DNA of 64,000 nucleotides from Escherichia coli (GTDB lineage Bacteria; Pseudomonadota; Gammaproteobacteria; Enterobacterales; Enterobacteriaceae): NCBI RefSeq assembly GCF_030013595.1, contig NZ_CP122768.1; one strand, 5' to 3'. Shown piece by piece: positions 56,489 to 64,000 of this stretch (position 1 is its first letter; each line of letters starts with the position of its first letter). The notes under the pieces were generated by a model. It saw only the letters and a program-made list of their open reading frames with translations, ran no database searches and was not told where the DNA came from. The position numbers and the translations under genes were made by a program.

Positions 56489-56602
56489 GGGTGGGGGCCC
56501 TGCCAGCTACATCCCGGCACACGCGTCATCTGCCTTGGCTGCTTCCTTCCGGACCTGACCTGGTAAACAGAGTAGCGTTGCGGGAGAACCAACAGAGCCC
56601 CC
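56489..56602 (-). ncRNA. ffs: 4.5S RNA (signal recognition particle RNA)
   Basis: Reverse complement reads GGGGGCTCTGTTGGTTCTCCCGCAACGCTACTCTGTTTACCAGGTCAGGTCCGGAAGGAAGCAGCCAAGGCAGATGACGCGTGTGCCGGGATGTAGCTGGCAGGGCCCCCACC, the E. coli 4.5S RNA sequence; located between ybaA and atl as expected. Confidence 0.95.
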
Positions 56603-56678
56603 ATTGAGAGCGTTGAGAACCAACGCGCAGGCGCATTATCACTGCTGCCCCGGCTAATTGCAACCCATTGCGTGCCGG

Positions 56679-57068
56679 ATGCTGGTTTCTTGCGCAATGC
56701 GACTTCACTCGGGCGTTTTTCCAGATTATGCTGAAAAATTACCTCAGGAAGAAAAGATGGAAAAAGAAGATTCATTTCCCCAACGCGTCTGGCAAATCGT
56801 CGCCGCTATTCCCGAAGGCTATGTCACCACTTACGGTGATGTGGCGAAACTGGCAGGATCGCCCCGCGCCGCGCGCCAGGTGGGCGGTGTGTTAAAGCGT
56901 CTCCCTGAAGGCAGCACCTTACCCTGGCATCGGGTGGTTAATCGCCACGGCACAATTTCGCTAACCGGACCGGATTTACAGCGTCAACGACAGGCATTAC
57001 TGGCAGAAGGTGTGATGGTATCGGGAAGCGGGCAAATCGACTTGCAGCGTTATCGCTGGAACTACTAA
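56679..57068 (+). CDS. atl: Alkyltransferase-like protein Atl (YbaZ)
   Basis: Start MLVSCAMRLHSGVF at Met8 of the 136-aa track ORF, giving 129 aa. Confidence 0.9.
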   Translation: MLVSCAMRLHSGVFPDYAEKLPQEEKMEKEDSFPQRVWQIVAAIPEGYVTTYGDVAKLAGSPRAARQVGGVLKRLPEGSTLPWHRVVNRHGTISLTGPDLQRQRQALLAEGVMVSGSGQIDLQRYRWNY

Positions 57069-57098
57069 CCCTCTCCGGGCGGAGAGGGTTAACTGCGC

Positions 57099-57671
57099 TT
57101 AATATTGCGTAGGAGCTGGAACTGCCGAAGACGGATTCACCTGAGTTGGTGAAGTCGAAGGTACAGTAGTCGTTGCGCCACCGCTGGCCTGAACCGGCAC
57201 GGCGGTTTGCTGTACCGGCACCAATGTCAGGTCGGCTTTAGTTCCGCCCTGGTTGATCACCGGCTGAACGGTATCGGTAATAAATACCAGTTTGTCATTC
57301 ACGGTAATCGCCGCACTCAACAGAATACGCGCATTCGGCTGAACATCTGCCGGGTTAAATGGCAGAACAAAGCTGAATGGTGACTGTTTGCCTTCGGTAC
57401 GCACCGCTTTCTGCGCCAGTACTTTTGACGGTGCATCGGCTAACGACGCGTCAGAAAGTGTCACGGTCAGCACAGCATCAGGCGGCAGTGCGACTTTCTG
57501 ACGGATCCAGACGGTACCGGAGACATTCGGTTGCTGGATAGCAGGTTGTTGTGTTGCTGAAATAGACGTATTTGCAGCCGGTGCTGGCGTCTGAATATCC
57601 GCGCTTTTATCTGCGCAAGCCGCCAACGCAATCGCAACCGCTAAACCACTGGCCATGTGCACGAGTTTCAT
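57099..57671 (-). CDS. ybaY: Outer-membrane lipoprotein YbaY
   Basis: 190-aa ORF with lipoprotein signal (LAVAIALAAC) and low-complexity Pro/Ala/Thr/Gln-rich regions. Confidence 0.9.
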   Translation of the reverse strand: MKLVHMASGLAVAIALAACADKSADIQTPAPAANTSISATQQPAIQQPNVSGTVWIRQKVALPPDAVLTVTLSDASLADAPSKVLAQKAVRTEGKQSPFSFVLPFNPADVQPNARILLSAAITVNDKLVFITDTVQPVINQGGTKADLTLVPVQQTAVPVQASGGATTTVPSTSPTQVNPSSAVPAPTQY

Positions 57672-57887
57672 TCACTTCTCCTTATTATCAATGCACCAGC
57701 GGGCTAACTTTCCTCGCCGGAGAGTGGTTAACAAAATAGTAACGTCAACAAGTGTGGCACACATCACGCATTTCTGCCTGTAATTAGCCCGTAATTCAGA
57801 CCATTGCACCCATCGGACCAGTGGCAAATTTGCGTTATACTCAACTCACTTTGGCTTGCTGCGGCAGCTTTGTTACTGGAGAGTTAT

Positions 57888-58748
57888 ATGAGTCAGGCGC
57901 TAAAAAATTTACTGACATTGTTAAATCTGGAAAAAATTGAGGAAGGACTCTTTCGCGGCCAGAGTGAAGATTTAGGTTTACGCCAGGTGTTTGGCGGCCA
58001 GGTCGTGGGTCAGGCCTTGTATGCTGCAAAAGAGACCGTCCCTGAAGAGCGGCTGGTACATTCGTTTCATAGCTACTTTCTTCGCCCTGGCGATAGTAAG
58101 AAGCCGATTATTTATGATGTCGAAACGCTGCGTGACGGTAACAGCTTCAGCGCCCGCCGGGTTGCTGCTATTCAAAACGGCAAACCGATTTTTTATATGA
58201 CTGCCTCTTTCCAGGCACCAGAAGCGGGTTTCGAACATCAAAAAACAATGCCGTCCGCGCCAGCGCCTGATGGCCTGCCTTCGGAAACGCAAATCGCCCA
58301 ATCGCTGGCGCACCTGCTGCCGCCAGTGCTGAAAGATAAATTCATCTGCGATCGTCCGCTTGAAGTCCGTCCGGTGGAGTTTCATAACCCACTGAAAGGG
58401 CACGTCGCAGAACCGCATCGTCAGGTGTGGATCCGCGCAAATGGTAGCGTGCCGGATGATCTGCGCGTTCATCAGTATCTGCTCGGTTACGCTTCTGATC
58501 TTAATTTCCTGCCGGTAGCTTTACAGCCGCACGGCATCGGTTTTCTCGAACCGGGGATTCAGATTGCCACCATTGACCATTCCATGTGGTTCCATCGCCC
58601 GTTTAATTTGAATGAATGGCTGCTGTATAGCGTGGAGAGCACCTCGGCGTCCAGCGCTCGCGGCTTTGTGCGCGGTGAGTTTTATACCCAGGACGGCGTG
58701 CTGGTTGCCTCGACCGTTCAGGAAGGGGTAATGCGTAATCACAATTAA
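57888..58748 (+). CDS. tesB: Acyl-CoA thioesterase II
   Basis: Start [20 protein letters not shown] at Met29 of the 314-aa track ORF, giving 286 aa. Confidence 0.95.
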
Positions 58749-58754
58749 AAAAAT

Positions 58755-58786
58755 AGCCGGAGGTGAAAACCGTCCGGCTGTTTTTT
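58755..58786. terminator. Bidirectional terminator between convergent tesB and amtB
   Basis: agccggaggtgaaaaccgtccggct hairpin followed by gtttttt; A-run on the other side. Confidence 0.75.
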
Positions 58787-58796
58787 GCAGTGCTTG

Positions 58797-60083
58797 TTAC
58801 GCGTTATAGGCATTCTCGCCGTGGCTGTTGACGTCCAGCCCTTCTCGCTCCTGTTCTTCCGGTACACGCAGACCAACCGTCAGATCCGCCAGTTTGTAGC
58901 CAATAAACGCCACCACACCGGACCAGACAATCGTAATGGCGATGCTTTCCAGCTGTACCAGCAACTGATGGCCCATCGTCACACCTTCAGCGAAGCCCAC
59001 GCCGCCCAGCGAGCTGGCGGCAAAAATCCCGGTCATGATACAGCCGACAATGCCACAAACGCCGTGCACACCAAAGACATCGCAGGGATCATCCACCCGC
59101 AGCAAGCGTTTGAGCATGGTAACGCCCCACAAGCCAGCCAGACCAGCTACTACACCGATAATCAACGCGCCGCCAACACCAATGTAGCCACAGGCTGGCG
59201 TCACGCCGACCAGACCGGCAATCGCGCCTGAACACGCTCCCAGCAGTGAAGGCTTACCACGCAGCGCCCATTCACCGAAGATCCAGCCAAGAATTGCCGC
59301 CGCCGTTGCGACCACAGTATTCACAAATGCCAGTGCTGCGATTTCATTCGCCGTGCCCGCTGACCCGGCGTTAAAGCCAAACCAACCGATATAGAGAATG
59401 GCAGTCCCGGTGAAGACCATCGGCAGGTTGTGCGGTTTAAACGCCTCTTTGCCGAAGCCCACGCGTTTGCCTACCAGATATGCGCCCACCAGACCGGCGA
59501 TTGCGGCGTTAATGTGCACCACCGTGCCACCCGCGAAATCCAGTGCACCGTGAGAAGCCAGCAAACCGCCGCCCCAGACCATATGCGCAATCGGAATGTA
59601 GGAGAGCGTCAGCCATACCACCACGAAAATCAACACAGCTGAGAAGCGGATTCGTTCCGCCAGCGCTCCAACTATCAAGCCTACGGTAATGCAGGCAAAC
59701 GATCCCTGAAACGCTACGTGGATATACTGATAAATGCTGCCCATCACCGCCGTCAGTTCGATGTTTTTCAGCATCAACCAGTTAATGTTGCCGAAGAAGT
59801 TGTTTCCCTCACCAAACGCCAGCGAGTAACCGTAAACCACCCAGAGAATACAGACCAGTGCAAACGTCACCGTCACCTGCGTCAGCATCGACAGCACGTT
59901 TTTGCCGCGAATCAACCCACCGTAAAACAGGGCAATCCCCGGAATAGCCATAAACAGCACCAGCGCAGTACAAATCATCATAAACGCATTGTCGGCTTTA
60001 TCGGCCACCGCAGGTGCAGCCATTACCAGTCCCGGCAGCATCGCCAGTGAAGCAAGCCCAGTTTTTATCGTCGCTATCTTCAT
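58797..60083 (-). CDS. amtB: Ammonium transporter AmtB
   Basis: 428-aa ORF with signal peptide and 11 TM segments; recognised. Confidence 0.97.
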   Translation of the reverse strand: MKIATIKTGLASLAMLPGLVMAAPAVADKADNAFMMICTALVLFMAIPGIALFYGGLIRGKNVLSMLTQVTVTFALVCILWVVYGYSLAFGEGNNFFGNINWLMLKNIELTAVMGSIYQYIHVAFQGSFACITVGLIVGALAERIRFSAVLIFVVVWLTLSYIPIAHMVWGGGLLASHGALDFAGGTVVHINAAIAGLVGAYLVGKRVGFGKEAFKPHNLPMVFTGTAILYIGWFGFNAGSAGTANEIAALAFVNTVVATAAAILGWIFGEWALRGKPSLLGACSGAIAGLVGVTPACGYIGVGGALIIGVVAGLAGLWGVTMLKRLLRVDDPCDVFGVHGVCGIVGCIMTGIFAASSLGGVGFAEGVTMGHQLLVQLESIAITIVWSGVVAFIGYKLADLTVGLRVPEEQEREGLDVNSHGENAYNA

Positions 60084-60112
60084 TTTTCGTTCCTGTTGCT
60101 GTGTGCCAGAGA

Positions 60113-60451
60113 TTACAGCGCCGCTTCGTCGGCTTCGCCGGTACGAATACGAATGACGCGTTGCAATTCAGCGACGAAGATTTTGCCGTCGCCAATTTTT
60201 CCGGTGTAAGCCGCCTTACTGACGATATCGATCACTTCATCGAGTTGGTCATCAGCAATCGCCACATCAATTTTTACTTTTGGCAGGAAGTTGACGCTGT
60301 ATTCCGCTCCCCGGTACAGCTCGGCATGCCCTTTCTGACGCCCGAAACCTTTCACTTCGGTGACGGTCAGGCCCTGAATACCAATGGAAGATAACGCTTC
60401 ACGAACGTCTTCCAGCTTGAATGGTTTGATTATCACGGTCACCAGCTTCAT
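60113..60451 (-). CDS. glnK: PII nitrogen regulatory protein GlnK
   Basis: Start MKLVTVIIKPFKLEDVREAL at Met47 of the 158-aa track ORF, giving 112 aa; T-loop GAEYSV present. Confidence 0.96.
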   Translation of the reverse strand: MKLVTVIIKPFKLEDVREALSSIGIQGLTVTEVKGFGRQKGHAELYRGAEYSVNFLPKVKIDVAIADDQLDEVIDIVSKAAYTGKIGDGKIFVAELQRVIRIRTGEADEAAL

Positions 60452-60503
60452 AGATCCCCTCCGGTCAGAATTCGGTAATGGTTCTGCTACACGAAGAAGG
60501 TAT

Positions 60504-60519
60504 TGCAAGCGGTGTGCCA
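60504..60519 (-). promoter_or_regulatory. Sigma-54 (-24/-12) promoter of glnK-amtB
   Basis: Minus strand reads TGGCACaccgcTTGCA, matching the TGGCAC-N5-TTGCA consensus, about 55 nt upstream of the glnK ATG; palindromic NtrC-like sequence further upstream near 60585-60600. Confidence 0.75.
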
Positions 60520-60631
60520 GAAATGAAAAACGAGAAGGAGAGCAGGAAGTTAAGAAGATTGAAAACAAAAACGCACTATGACAGTGCACAGTGCGTTACA
60601 TTTTTGCACCAACGATGAAATATTGCGCTAT

Positions 60632-64000
<3,369 letters not shown>

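Overview
This window reads as an Escherichia coli chromosomal segment in two parts. Positions 1-19.8 kb are accessory: the 5' 18 kb of a giant type I secretion (T1SS) adhesin gene on the minus strand, continuing past the left edge, plus a TolC-family outer-membrane gene interrupted by an in-frame amber codon. The adhesin is built from ~100-aa Ig-like repeats, a ~1.8-kb higher-order tandem repeat, and an N-terminal BapA/LapA-type module with a TAAG di-alanine motif. Positions 19.8-64 kb are conserved core, recognised from the translated products and, from memory, colinear with the K-12 ybaT-mdlA region: ybaT-glsA, copA, ybaP, chiX, ybaK, ushA, fsr, ybaL, gsk, aes, hemH, adk, htpG, recR, ybaB, dnaX, apt, ybaN, priC, ybaM, mscK, acrR-acrAB, tomB-hha, maa, ylaC, pdeB, ybaA, ffs, atl, ybaY, tesB, amtB-glnK, mdlBA. 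No search or computation was run; all calls come from reading the sequence and the ORF track. The accessory adhesin locus is the best candidate for further study: the sequence implies possible c-di-GMP/LapG-type regulation and a possibly non-functional or suppressor-dependent secretion channel. The ABC transporter and membrane-fusion genes expected for this system are not in the window.
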